A DNA stretch of 64,000 nt from Flavobacteriales bacterium (GTDB lineage: Bacteria; Bacteroidota; Bacteroidia; NS11-12g; UBA955). The translations under genes and the position numbers were made by a program. The DNA lies in assembly GCA_947487055.1 (NCBI GenBank), contig CANKVN010000001.1:19555-83554 (forward strand), written 5' to 3'. The notes beneath the pieces were generated by a model. The model saw only the letters and a list, made by a program, of their open reading frames with translations. It did not search any database and was not told the origin of the DNA. Every line of letters begins with the position of its first letter. Position 1 is the stretch's first letter. Below are positions 28,363 through 37,573 of this stretch, piece by piece.

Positions 28363-30297
28363 ATGGGGCAAACACGCATCGACAAACTATCAGCTGCCGG
28401 GCTGCTGGTTACTTTGGGCATCATTTATGGCGACATCGGCACATCACCATTGTATGTAATGAGCGCCATTGTGGGCAATAAGCCCATCGATGAACTTACT
28501 GTACTTGGTGGAATCAGTTGTGTATTCTGGACCCTGACCCTGCAAACTACAATTAAGTATGTAATTCTCACACTAAGGGCAGACAACAAAGGTGAAGGAG
28601 GTATTTTCTCCTTATTCAGCCTACTTAGAAGGCGTTTCCCTTATTTAATGATAGGCACCATGGTAGGAGGTGCTATGTTGCTGGCCGATGGAATTATTAC
28701 GCCGCCAATTTCTGTTTCCTCAGCCATTGAAGGCTTGCGGATTCTGGATCCACAGATTCAAACAGTCCCCATTGTCATTGCTATCATTGCTGTTATTTTC
28801 ATTTTCCAGCGCGCAGGCACCAGCACTGTCGGTAAGGCATTTGGCCCTATTATGCTGGTTTGGTTTGGCATGCTCGCCGTTTTGGGCGGGGCAAAAATCA
28901 TGGAGAATCCATTCGTATTGCATGCAATAAACCCTATTTATGTGGTGAAATTTATCAGCAGCAGCAAAGAAGCGTTTGTGCTTCTGGGTGCTGTATTCCT
29001 TTGCACTACTGGCGCAGAAGCGCTATACAGTGATTTGGGGCACTGCGGAAAAAAGAACATCCGAATTACCTGGATTTTTGTAAAAATCAGCCTGCTACTA
29101 AACTACATGGGCCAGGGTGCCCATTTGCTTGGCATGCAAGGGCAAACACTGGGTGCAAAAAGTCCGTTTTACGCCATCATGCCGGACTGGTTTCTGATTT
29201 TCGGTATTGGAATCGCAACCATGGCGGCCATCATTGCCAGCCAGGCTTTAATCAGCGGTTCATTTACTTTGGTTTCTGAGGCAATACGGTTGCACTTTTT
29301 CCCAAAGTTTACGGTTAAATATCCAAGCGATGTAAAAGGCCAGATTTACATTCCGTTTATCAATACAGCTATGCTGGTTGGCTGCATTGGCGTGGTGCTT
29401 TATTTCCGGGAAAGCAAAGCCATGGAAGCGGCTTATGGCCTTGCAATTACCGTAACCATGCTTATGACCTCTCTGCTGCTATTTTATTACCTGAAAATGC
29501 GCCGCTGGCCACTGGTGCTCATTTGGATGATAATGTTGGTTTTCTTCTCAGTAGAACTTGCCTTCTTACTGGCCAATCTGGCCAAATTCACCCATGGTGG
29601 TTATGTAACCGTACTCATCGGTATTATGATTATGGCATTCATGTATATCTTCTGGAAGGGCGGACAAATCAAAAGCCGGCTCACTGAAAGTGTTCCCCTT
29701 AATATATTCAGGGACAAGCTACGTGCTTTGAGTCAGGATACTACACTCCCAAAATATGCCACACACCTTATTTACCTGAGCAAAACCAAGGCAGATGACG
29801 AAGTCGAATCATTACTGCTGCAGAGCATTTTGCAGAAAAGGCCCAAACGTGCCGATTTTTACTGGTTTGTCAATGTTGATGTTACCGATGAACCCTACAC
29901 CTTGGAATATAAGGTTACAACAGTTGAGAAAAATGACATCTATAAGGTGCGTTTGAAATTGGGTTTCAGGGTTCAGCAAAAAATAAGTTATTACCTAAGA
30001 CTGGTGATTCAGGAAATGCTGGATAACCATGAAATAGATTTGGATCCTTACTATCACGCATTCTCTGACAAACGCTACCTGGGCGATTTCAGGTTCGTTT
30101 TGATTGATGAAGAAATTACCCAGGAAAATGAACTGCCAATACTGGATAACATTGTGCTAAACGCTTACGGGAAGATGAAATTTTTGGCTGGTAGGCCCGA
30201 AAAATGGTTTGGCCTTGATGAAAGCATGGTAACCAAAGAACTGGTGCCTGTAGTGATAAAAAGAACCAAAGATGTGAAATTAACACGCATTAAATGA
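28363..30297 (+). CDS. kup: KUP/HAK/KT potassium uptake protein
   Basis: 644 aa with the IIYGDIGTSPLYV signature, a polytopic N-terminal two-thirds and a soluble C-terminal domain. Confidence 0.92.
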   Translation: MGQTRIDKLSAAGLLVTLGIIYGDIGTSPLYVMSAIVGNKPIDELTVLGGISCVFWTLTLQTTIKYVILTLRADNKGEGGIFSLFSLLRRRFPYLMIGTMVGGAMLLADGIITPPISVSSAIEGLRILDPQIQTVPIVIAIIAVIFIFQRAGTSTVGKAFGPIMLVWFGMLAVLGGAKIMENPFVLHAINPIYVVKFISSSKEAFVLLGAVFLCTTGAEALYSDLGHCGKKNIRITWIFVKISLLLNYMGQGAHLLGMQGQTLGAKSPFYAIMPDWFLIFGIGIATMAAIIASQALISGSFTLVSEAIRLHFFPKFTVKYPSDVKGQIYIPFINTAMLVGCIGVVLYFRESKAMEAAYGLAITVTMLMTSLLLFYYLKMRRWPLVLIWMIMLVFFSVELAFLLANLAKFTHGGYVTVLIGIMIMAFMYIFWKGGQIKSRLTESVPLNIFRDKLRALSQDTTLPKYATHLIYLSKTKADDEVESLLLQSILQKRPKRADFYWFVNVDVTDEPYTLEYKVTTVEKNDIYKVRLKLGFRVQQKISYYLRLVIQEMLDNHEIDLDPYYHAFSDKRYLGDFRFVLIDEEITQENELPILDNIVLNAYGKMKFLAGRPEKWFGLDESMVTKELVPVVIKRTKDVKLTRIK

Positions 30298-32504
30298 AAA
30301 ATATTGTTGTCGCAATTGGCTTCACCTTGGCCTCCATTCATGGACTTTACGCACAGGAGAAGACAGCTTTCACCTTAGAAGACATTTACCAGAAAGGAAC
30401 CTTTCGGGTTTCCGGAGTGGCCGGTTTTAATGTTATGAAAGATGGAGAGCATTACACCGAACTGGTTAATACCAGCAGTAGCTTACCCAATGCGGCAGCA
30501 GCGGCTCCACGGTGGCACATTATCAAGCGCAACCTGCGAAGCGGCGACAGTGCCGGCCTCATCCTGCGCAGCACCGAAGTGGGCGTTAACCTGCAACCCG
30601 AAGGCTACACTTTTTCCGACGATGAGCGCTACATGATACTTACCACAGCTACAGAATCCATTTATCGCCACAGCACCAAATCATTGGTTTATGTGGTAGA
30701 CCTCACCAACGGAAACGCCATTGCGATTGGTTCTGAAAAAATCATGTATCCGCAAATGAGCCCAAACAATGATTACCTGGCTTTTGTGCGTGAAAACGAC
30801 TTATTTATATTTGATCTGAAAACCCAAACAGAAAAGGCCATCACCTCCGACGGACAAAAGAACAGCATCATCAATGGTGCGGTTGATTGGGTTTACGAAG
30901 AGGAATTCAGCATGAGCCAGGGTTATGCTTGGTCCCCGGACAGCAAGCATATTGCCTTTTATCGGTTTGACGAGAGTGCGGTAAAGGAATTCAGCATGGA
31001 CATGTTTAGCGGTCTCTACCCTGCACAAGAAAGTTGGAAATACCCAAAAGCAGGTGAAGACAATTCTGTTGTTGATGTTTATATATACGAACCTTCAACC
31101 GGACAAAAAGTACGTGCAAACATTGCCGCAGGAGATCAGTATTTGCCACGCATTCAGTGGACAAATATTCCCGGTCAATTAAGCATCCAATGGCTGAACC
31201 GCACCCAAAACGAATGGAAATTACTGTTTGCAAACGCCAAAACCGGCAACACAACCACCGTGTTATACGAGAAAAGCAAAACCTACATTGACATCCACGA
31301 CAACCTTTACTTTTTGAAATCCAAGCCTGGATTTATCAGCACTTCAGAGAAAAACGGATTTAACCATTTATACCGCTATATTCCCACTAAAGTACATTTA
31401 GATTACAAGGAAATTGCCATTACCAAAGGAAATTTCGACGTTCTTGGAATAGCGCACGTAAACGAAAGCAAGGGGCTGATATACTTCAACAGCAGTGAAG
31501 TTTCTCCAACCGAAGACCACCTTTTCAGCATTAACCTGGATGGCAAAAAGAAAACCAACGAAACACCGGAACCTGGAAACCACGTGGTTGTTTTTGGTAA
31601 AGGCGGCCGTTTTTATACAGACATGCACAGCAGCCTGGCTGTTCCGGCAAATTATGTACTGAAAGAAACAGGAACAACATGGAAGCGAGTTCTGGAAAGC
31701 AACGCGGCCGCCAAAAAAGTAATGAATAAGTACGCCTTTGGAAAGTCAGAGTTTGGCAACCTCACCACAGACAGCGGTGTGAAATTGAATTACTGGATGA
31801 TTAAACCACATGATTTTGATCCGGCAAAAAAGTATCCCGTCCTTATGTTTGTCTATGGAGGTCCAGGTGTAAACACCGTTAGAAACAGCTGGGGAGGGCG
31901 CAATTTTCTTTACCACCAGTACCTGAGCCAAAAAGGTTATATCATTGTGAGTGTTGATGGCCGTGGAACCGGTCACCGGGGTGAAGCATTTAAAAAATGC
32001 ACCTACCTCAATTTAGGAAAATTTGAACAGGCAGACCAGGCTGCTGCTGCGAGATGGCTTGGCAAACAACCTTTTGTTGACAGCAAAAGAATTGGCATTT
32101 GGGGATGGAGTTTTGGTGGCTATATGAGCAGCTTATGCATTACCAAAAGCCCGGATTTATTCAAAACAGCCATTGCGGTTGCACCCGTTACCAGCTGGCG
32201 CTATTACGACAATATCTATACCGAACGATTCCTGAGAAAACCCGCTGAAAACCCTGCGGGATATGACGAAAACTCTCCCATTCAATTCACAAAAAACATC
32301 AAAGGAAATTATTTGCTGATACACGGCACCGGGGATGACAATGTGCACTGGCAAAATTCTGCAGAAATGATCAATGCCATGATTAAATCAGGTGTCAGAT
32401 ACGATTCGGAAGTATACCCAAACCGCAACCACGGAATAGGCGACAGGTATGCCCAATACCATTTATTTCGCAGGATGGCAGAATACATACAGGAAAAACT
32501 ATAA
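30294..32504 (+). CDS. Dipeptidyl-peptidase IV family serine peptidase (S9B)
   Basis: 736 aa with a signal peptide and an N-terminal propeller half. The S9 triad context is GWSFGGYMS (Ser), IHGTGDDNVH (Asp) and YPNRNHGI (His). Its start overlaps the kup stop (ATGA). Confidence 0.88.
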   Translation: MKNIVVAIGFTLASIHGLYAQEKTAFTLEDIYQKGTFRVSGVAGFNVMKDGEHYTELVNTSSSLPNAAAAAPRWHIIKRNLRSGDSAGLILRSTEVGVNLQPEGYTFSDDERYMILTTATESIYRHSTKSLVYVVDLTNGNAIAIGSEKIMYPQMSPNNDYLAFVRENDLFIFDLKTQTEKAITSDGQKNSIINGAVDWVYEEEFSMSQGYAWSPDSKHIAFYRFDESAVKEFSMDMFSGLYPAQESWKYPKAGEDNSVVDVYIYEPSTGQKVRANIAAGDQYLPRIQWTNIPGQLSIQWLNRTQNEWKLLFANAKTGNTTTVLYEKSKTYIDIHDNLYFLKSKPGFISTSEKNGFNHLYRYIPTKVHLDYKEIAITKGNFDVLGIAHVNESKGLIYFNSSEVSPTEDHLFSINLDGKKKTNETPEPGNHVVVFGKGGRFYTDMHSSLAVPANYVLKETGTTWKRVLESNAAAKKVMNKYAFGKSEFGNLTTDSGVKLNYWMIKPHDFDPAKKYPVLMFVYGGPGVNTVRNSWGGRNFLYHQYLSQKGYIIVSVDGRGTGHRGEAFKKCTYLNLGKFEQADQAAAARWLGKQPFVDSKRIGIWGWSFGGYMSSLCITKSPDLFKTAIAVAPVTSWRYYDNIYTERFLRKPAENPAGYDENSPIQFTKNIKGNYLLIHGTGDDNVHWQNSAEMINAMIKSGVRYDSEVYPNRNHGIGDRYAQYHLFRRMAEYIQEKL

Positions 32505-32568
32505 TTCAAACGCCGTTTTTTAACTGATTTATTTGGAATTGTCATTTTAATTTCTTATATTGGTGATT

Positions 32569-32877
32569 ATGAAAAATCTTATCCTGATGGCTGTTCTCAT
32601 CCTTTTTGGCCAGAAAATCATGGCTCAAAAGGTTTATAAAACTTCCTACAAAAGCGAAGCCGATAAAATCATTTACGTGACCGAATACAAGAGTGAAGCC
32701 GACATGATTGTGTATGAAACCAAGTATAAAAGCGAGGCCAAACAATACAGCGGTATTTGGTTTTGGACAGAATACAAATCCGAAGCAGACTGGAAAGTGT
32801 TTTTTACCAAATACAAGAGCGAAGCCAACCTAAAAGTCTATTTCACCAAGTTCAAGAGTGAAGCAGGAATGAAATAA
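32569..32877 (+). CDS. Secreted tandem-repeat protein, 6 x about 13-aa [VF]Y.T.YKSEAD units; function unknown
   Basis: Signal peptide MKNLILMAVLILFGQKIMAQ, followed almost entirely by repeats: YKSEAD, YKSEAD, YKSEAK, YKSEAD, YKSEAN, FKSEAG. I recall similar proteins annotated only as a DUF in Bacteroidota. Confidence 0.7.
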   Translation: MKNLILMAVLILFGQKIMAQKVYKTSYKSEADKIIYVTEYKSEADMIVYETKYKSEAKQYSGIWFWTEYKSEADWKVFFTKYKSEANLKVYFTKFKSEAGMK

Positions 32878-32905
32878 AAACTTCCCCTACAGCGTTACCT
32901 CATCA

Positions 32906-33811
32906 ATGATTAAGTATTTAAAAACCTCCCTGGCAAGTGCATGTGCACTATTTGCCTTATTATCGAATGCACAAACTGTTCCGCTGGAAAAAATCAGTAT
33001 TTACCCTGACGCTGAAAAACACCTGTTTAGTTGCGATACCAATGTGGTTTTTTATTACTGCGGCAATCCTGATTGGATAATCTGGCATGATCCATCAGGA
33101 TGCGACACCTTGCGCGGCACCGGCTACTATAATGACACGCTGTATACCGGATTGGCAGTATACAAAATCGGGGAATTGACCAAGGCAAAAGTATTGTTTG
33201 AAAAAGGATTGCCTGCCAACATACAGATTTATTACAACAATGGAAAACTCCAGTTTGACGGACATTACAAGCAAGGGATTAAACATGGTAAATATGCATA
33301 TTACACCCAGGAAGGACAGGTATATGAACTTTACAATTACGCTGATGGCCTCAAAACCGGTCACAGTGAACAGCGATGGGATCTGATTGATTATGGCGAC
33401 AGCGAATCGTATTTTCTGGATACATGCTGGTACATCAAAAACAACAAACACGGGAAGTGTGTGAGTTTGCGGTATGACCAAGAACATTATCAAGCCCGCA
33501 ATGGCAGTGTTTATGCGACAAGCTACTATAAACATGGATTAAAACACGGTGAAAGTGCCGTTTGGTATATCAACGGGCAAAAGAAAGAACAGTGGGAATA
33601 CCAGGATGGGAAAGTTACAGGAACCTATACCTGCTGGGAACCCAGCGGAAAAGTTTTCCATCAAACCACTTTCATCAACGGAAGCGGCACCGTTAAGCAG
33701 CGCTACCAGGAAGGTGGATGGATAAAAACCACCGAGTATAAAGATGGATTACCGGTTGAAATTATTCCACTAGAAGAACCGGAAATAATTGAAGAAGTTA
33801 TCGGGGATTAA
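32906..33811 (+). CDS. MORN-repeat-variant (YwqK-like) secreted protein
   Basis: 301 aa with a signal peptide and repeated G-x-K/H-G-x(4)-Y/W units (KQGIKHGKYAYY, KHGLKHGESAVWY, QDGKVTGTYTCW). Confidence 0.65.
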   Translation: MIKYLKTSLASACALFALLSNAQTVPLEKISIYPDAEKHLFSCDTNVVFYYCGNPDWIIWHDPSGCDTLRGTGYYNDTLYTGLAVYKIGELTKAKVLFEKGLPANIQIYYNNGKLQFDGHYKQGIKHGKYAYYTQEGQVYELYNYADGLKTGHSEQRWDLIDYGDSESYFLDTCWYIKNNKHGKCVSLRYDQEHYQARNGSVYATSYYKHGLKHGESAVWYINGQKKEQWEYQDGKVTGTYTCWEPSGKVFHQTTFINGSGTVKQRYQEGGWIKTTEYKDGLPVEIIPLEEPEIIEEVIGD

Positions 33812-33842
33812 AACAAGATTTTGTCAGGTTTGTTATACCATT

Positions 33843-34292
33843 ATGCAATTAAAAACCGGAGACAAAGCCCCAGCATTCAGCGCAAAAAATCAAGATGGTA
33901 AAAACCTGTCGCTAACAGACTTTGCCGGCAAAAAACTGGTATTGTATTTTTATCCTAAAGACGATACTCCCGGATGCACGGCGGAAGCCTGCAGCCTGCG
34001 CGACAATTATGAAACACTTCAAAAGCAAGGCTTTGCCATTGTGGGTGTGAGCCCTGACGGTGAAAGCAAGCACCTGAAATTCATTGCCAAATACGAATTG
34101 CCATTTGATTTATTGGCCGATACCGACAACAGCATTGCTCTGGCCTACGGCGTATGGGTAGAAAAAAGCATGTATGGACGCAAGTATATGGGCATCGCCC
34201 GCACCACCTTTATCATTGATGAACATGGCAACATAGCCGAAATCATTGAGAAGGTTGACACCGCAAAACACGCGACCCAGATCCTAAAATAA
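33843..34292 (+). CDS. bcp: Thiol peroxidase Bcp (peroxiredoxin)
   Basis: Contains the peroxiredoxin motif FYPKDDTPGCTAEAC. ATG 33843 (MQLKTGDKAPAF) gives the normal length of about 150 aa; the track's start at 33789 would overlap the preceding gene. Confidence 0.9.
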   Translation: MQLKTGDKAPAFSAKNQDGKNLSLTDFAGKKLVLYFYPKDDTPGCTAEACSLRDNYETLQKQGFAIVGVSPDGESKHLKFIAKYELPFDLLADTDNSIALAYGVWVEKSMYGRKYMGIARTTFIIDEHGNIAEIIEKVDTAKHATQILK

Positions 34293-34338
34293 CCAACATT
34301 GAAGATAACCACCTGATTTCCGTACTTTTGCGGCAAGG

Positions 34339-35337
34339 GTGAACCAGGATTTTAAGCATATTGGCGTTATAGGCAGCGGAAGCTGGGCCACTGCGCTTGT
34401 AAAGATATTATCGGAAAAAACCGATATTCAGGTTCACTGGTGGTTGCGCAACCAGGAAACGCTGGATTATATCCTGCAGTTTCAACACAATCCCAAATAC
34501 CTGTCCTCTGTGGAAATTGACCTTGAGAAAGTGCAATTACACCAGGATTTACAGGAATTAATAAACCTAAGCGAAGTGCTGGTATTGGCGGTTCCATCTG
34601 CTTTCCTGCACCAATCTTTGCAAACAGTAACCCTGCCCAAAGACAAAATATATGTATCTGCAGTAAAAGGCGTAGACCCCAATACCCGTATGGTGATTGC
34701 CCGTTATCTGGAGCAAATCCATCACATTCCGCCCACGCAAATAGGATTGATTACAGGCCCGTGCCATGCCGAAGAAGTGGCGCTTGAAAAGCTAAGCTAC
34801 CTGACCATTTCGGCGCTGGAGCCAGCTTTATCTTCTGCACTATCCTCATTAATTGCGTGTCGGTATATCAATACCTGCACCAACAATGATTTGTATGGAG
34901 CCGAATATGCCGCCGTGCTTAAAAATATTTATGCAATAGGTTCCGGTATCGCCCATGGATTGGGCTATGGCGATAATTTTCAGGCTGTATATACGGGTGC
35001 CGCAATTCGGGAAATGGAAGATTTCCTGGAATCGTTGCACGAAACCCACCGCGATGTGAAAAATGCCGCTTATCTGGGTGATTTGCTGGTAACTTGCTAC
35101 AGCCAGTTTAGCCGGAACCGCACGTTTGGAAACATGCTTGGCAAAGGCTACAGCGTAAAAAGCGCGCAGCTGGAAATGAACATGGTTGCTGAAGGTTTTT
35201 ATGCTACAGGTAGCATACAGGAACTTTGCTTGGAGAAATGCATCAAAGCGCCGATTATTGAGGCTGTATACCAGGTGGTTTATGAAGGGAAAATGCCCTC
35301 CAAGGTTTTTGGCAATCTGGCCAAAATGCTGTCATAA
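34339..35337 (+). CDS. gpsA: NAD(P)H-dependent glycerol-3-phosphate dehydrogenase
   Basis: 332 aa with the Rossmann motif IGVIGSGSWATAL and a GpsA-like C-terminal domain. TACTTTTG (a TAnnTTTG match) lies at 34323-34330, just upstream. Confidence 0.88.
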   Translation: MNQDFKHIGVIGSGSWATALVKILSEKTDIQVHWWLRNQETLDYILQFQHNPKYLSSVEIDLEKVQLHQDLQELINLSEVLVLAVPSAFLHQSLQTVTLPKDKIYVSAVKGVDPNTRMVIARYLEQIHHIPPTQIGLITGPCHAEEVALEKLSYLTISALEPALSSALSSLIACRYINTCTNNDLYGAEYAAVLKNIYAIGSGIAHGLGYGDNFQAVYTGAAIREMEDFLESLHETHRDVKNAAYLGDLLVTCYSQFSRNRTFGNMLGKGYSVKSAQLEMNMVAEGFYATGSIQELCLEKCIKAPIIEAVYQVVYEGKMPSKVFGNLAKMLS

Positions 35338-35382
35338 GTTTTTGCTGCACACCTCAGTTTAATCGGATGTGACCTAAGCCTC

Positions 35383-35937
35383 TTACTTTTTTCTGGGAAC
35401 CCAGGCAATTTCTTCGCCACCATTTATCTTATCCAGATACCTTGCTAAGGTGAACAAATAATCGCTGAGGCGGTTGAGGTAAGTAACAATCATCGCATCA
35501 ATTTCTTCGTTATCGGAAAGATAAACAACCAACCGTTCTGCCCTTCGGCAAATACAACGTGCAACGTGGGCATGCGCTCCGGCAGTAGTTGCACCAGGCA
35601 GGATAAAGTTGCGCAACTCCGGCAAATCCGCAGTCATTCTGTCTATTTCCGACTCTAAAAAGGAAACATCTTCGTCATACAATTCGGGCAGGATAACCTT
35701 GCTTCCGGCTGCAGAGGCCAAATAGGAACCCAGGGTAAACAACCGATCCTGAACCTGCGCAATAGCGGTAAGCACAGTCACTTCCTGCGTGGTGCTGCGA
35801 ATGAGGCCCAGATAACTGTTCAACTCATCTACCGTTCCATAACTTTCTACCCTAATATGGTGTTTTGAAACCCTGTCGCCACCCAGCAAAGCTGTCTTTC
35901 CATCGTCGCCCTTACGTGTATAAATCTTGAATGTCAT
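35383..35937 (-). CDS. PduO-type ATP:cob(I)alamin adenosyltransferase
   Basis: 184 aa. The N-terminus KIYTRKGDDGKTALLGGDRVSKHHIRVESYGTVDELNSYLG is typical of the family. Confidence 0.88.
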   Translation of the reverse strand: MTFKIYTRKGDDGKTALLGGDRVSKHHIRVESYGTVDELNSYLGLIRSTTQEVTVLTAIAQVQDRLFTLGSYLASAAGSKVILPELYDEDVSFLESEIDRMTADLPELRNFILPGATTAGAHAHVARCICRRAERLVVYLSDNEEIDAMIVTYLNRLSDYLFTLARYLDKINGGEEIAWVPRKK

Positions 35938-36096
35938 TTTTAATGTCTTAGAAAGTTACAAAGTTCAAGCCTTAATTGTTTTTGAGCCACGTTAAATAAA
36001 CTGTTTTTTTTTATTAATTTACCGTTAAAATCAATTGTGATTGAGGATTTTAAAAATCCTGATACATTTATATTGCATTTAACTTTACATCTTCTA

Positions 36097-36765
36097 ATGG
36101 ATATCAATACGTTAAAATCCTTGTTCAACAATGCCTCAGATGCTGAAAAGGCGGCTAAAATGAGCAGCTACATGAAAAACCAATTCCTTTACCTGGGCGT
36201 ACAAAAACCGGAAAGAGCAGCACTTGAAAAAGCCTTCATTAAGGCAAATGATAAACGTAGCTATACAGAATTAAAAGAAACCATTTTAACCCTCTGGAAC
36301 CAACCCGAGCGCGAATTTCAATATACGGCACTGGAGTTGATGATAAAATCAAAAATTTGGAACCATGCAGAAGCGATTACACTTTTCGAAACCTGCGTAT
36401 TGGAGAAAAGCTGGTGGGATACGGTAGACCTGCTCGCATCTCGGATGATTGGCCCCTATTTTCAGCAGTTTCCGGAACAGCGGGATGTTTATATTGAACG
36501 GTGGCTAAACGGCGACAATATGTGGTTGCAAAGAACTTGCATCATATTTCAGTTAAACTATAAGTCAGTAACCGACGTAGCATTGTTATTCGCTTGTATC
36601 ACAAAACACATGGATTCCAAGGCGTTTTTTATCCGCAAAGCCATCGGCTGGGCCTTGCGGCAATATGCCAGAACGAATCCCGAGGCCGTTATTCAATTTG
36701 TAAACAGCCATCCACTAAGCCCACTCAGTAGGCGGGAGGCCCTAAAGCACTTTAAAGATGCATAA
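36097..36765 (+). CDS. DNA alkylation repair protein (AlkD-like HEAT-repeat)
   Basis: The start MDINTLKSLF.. and the YMKNQFLYLGVQKPERAAL motif are typical of this family. ATG 36097 is preferred over the track's start at 36037. Confidence 0.75.
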   Translation: MDINTLKSLFNNASDAEKAAKMSSYMKNQFLYLGVQKPERAALEKAFIKANDKRSYTELKETILTLWNQPEREFQYTALELMIKSKIWNHAEAITLFETCVLEKSWWDTVDLLASRMIGPYFQQFPEQRDVYIERWLNGDNMWLQRTCIIFQLNYKSVTDVALLFACITKHMDSKAFFIRKAIGWALRQYARTNPEAVIQFVNSHPLSPLSRREALKHFKDA

Positions 36766-36797
36766 AAAAAGCCCGCCGGAGGCGGGCCTTTTTTTAT
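36764..36797. terminator. Bidirectional intrinsic terminator between convergent genes
   Basis: The sequence is A7-GCCCGCC-GGA-GGCGGGC-C-T7. Confidence 0.8.
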
Positions 36798-36824
36798 AAT
36801 ACTATCGCTGTAATCAGAAATTGA

Positions 36825-37496
36825 TTACTTGGTTGCTTTCAAAGAAATGGTGATGTCCATTTCGTTGTTTACAATACCATCTTTTACTTTTTTCTGAGCG
36901 GCTTCGGCCAAGCTCAGGTTTTTGCTATCATAGTTAACTCCCCAGTCCAAACGGTTGATGGTTGCTTTTCCATTAGCGGTAACGGTGTTGCCTTCTACCT
37001 TAATGTTTGCAGGGAAAGTGATTTTGCGAGTGCTGTCGCGCAAAGTAAGGTTGCCACTTAGTTCGTGGGTGTAACCTTCGCTGGCTTTTTCAGCTACGCT
37101 CACGATTTCAAATTTTCCGGTTGGGAATTTGGCAACGTTGAAGAAATCTTCTGCCATTAAGTGTCCAACCAGTTTCTTTTGGTAACCGGTATCGGTAAGG
37201 TCGGTGTTTTTAATGCTGTTCATGTCGATGGTGAATGAACCGGCAACCAGTTTGCCATTTTCTACACTCAACTGACCTTCTTTAAGGCTGATGGTTCCTT
37301 TGTGCTCGCTGGCTTTGATGATTTTCCATCCACGCCATTCCAGGTTGCTTGCTGCAACATCTACGGTGTAAGTGCCAGCACCTTCTCCAGCTTTAGCAGC
37401 TGTGTCGGCGTCTCCTGATTTGCTGGTGTTGCCACCACATGCGGCCATAACAGCCATTGCTGCTACTCCTGCGAAATACAAAAATTGTTTTTTCAT
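36825..37496 (-). CDS. YceI-like lipoprotein
   Basis: The start MKKQFLYFAGVAAMAVMAACGGN has a lipobox. YceI-like beta-barrel features (NLEWRGWKI..HKGTISL..GSFTIDMNSI) follow. Confidence 0.75.
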   Translation of the reverse strand: MKKQFLYFAGVAAMAVMAACGGNTSKSGDADTAAKAGEGAGTYTVDVAASNLEWRGWKIIKASEHKGTISLKEGQLSVENGKLVAGSFTIDMNSIKNTDLTDTGYQKKLVGHLMAEDFFNVAKFPTGKFEIVSVAEKASEGYTHELSGNLTLRDSTRKITFPANIKVEGNTVTANGKATINRLDWGVNYDSKNLSLAEAAQKKVKDGIVNNEMDITISLKATK

Positions 37497-37573
37497 GTTT
37501 TTATGTTTTTTTATTGGTTTTAGTTGTAAGTATTGGCAAATATATTTGTTCAAACAAACTTATACAAGTTTTA

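Noticed and set aside
33789-33842. N-terminal extensions given by the longest-ORF rule (bcp at 33789; likewise 14071, 36037, 37553, 43928, 46486, 32560)
   Set aside because: The extensions overlap upstream genes or add non-homologous residues ahead of canonical family N-termini or signal peptides. I preferred the internal ATG starts.
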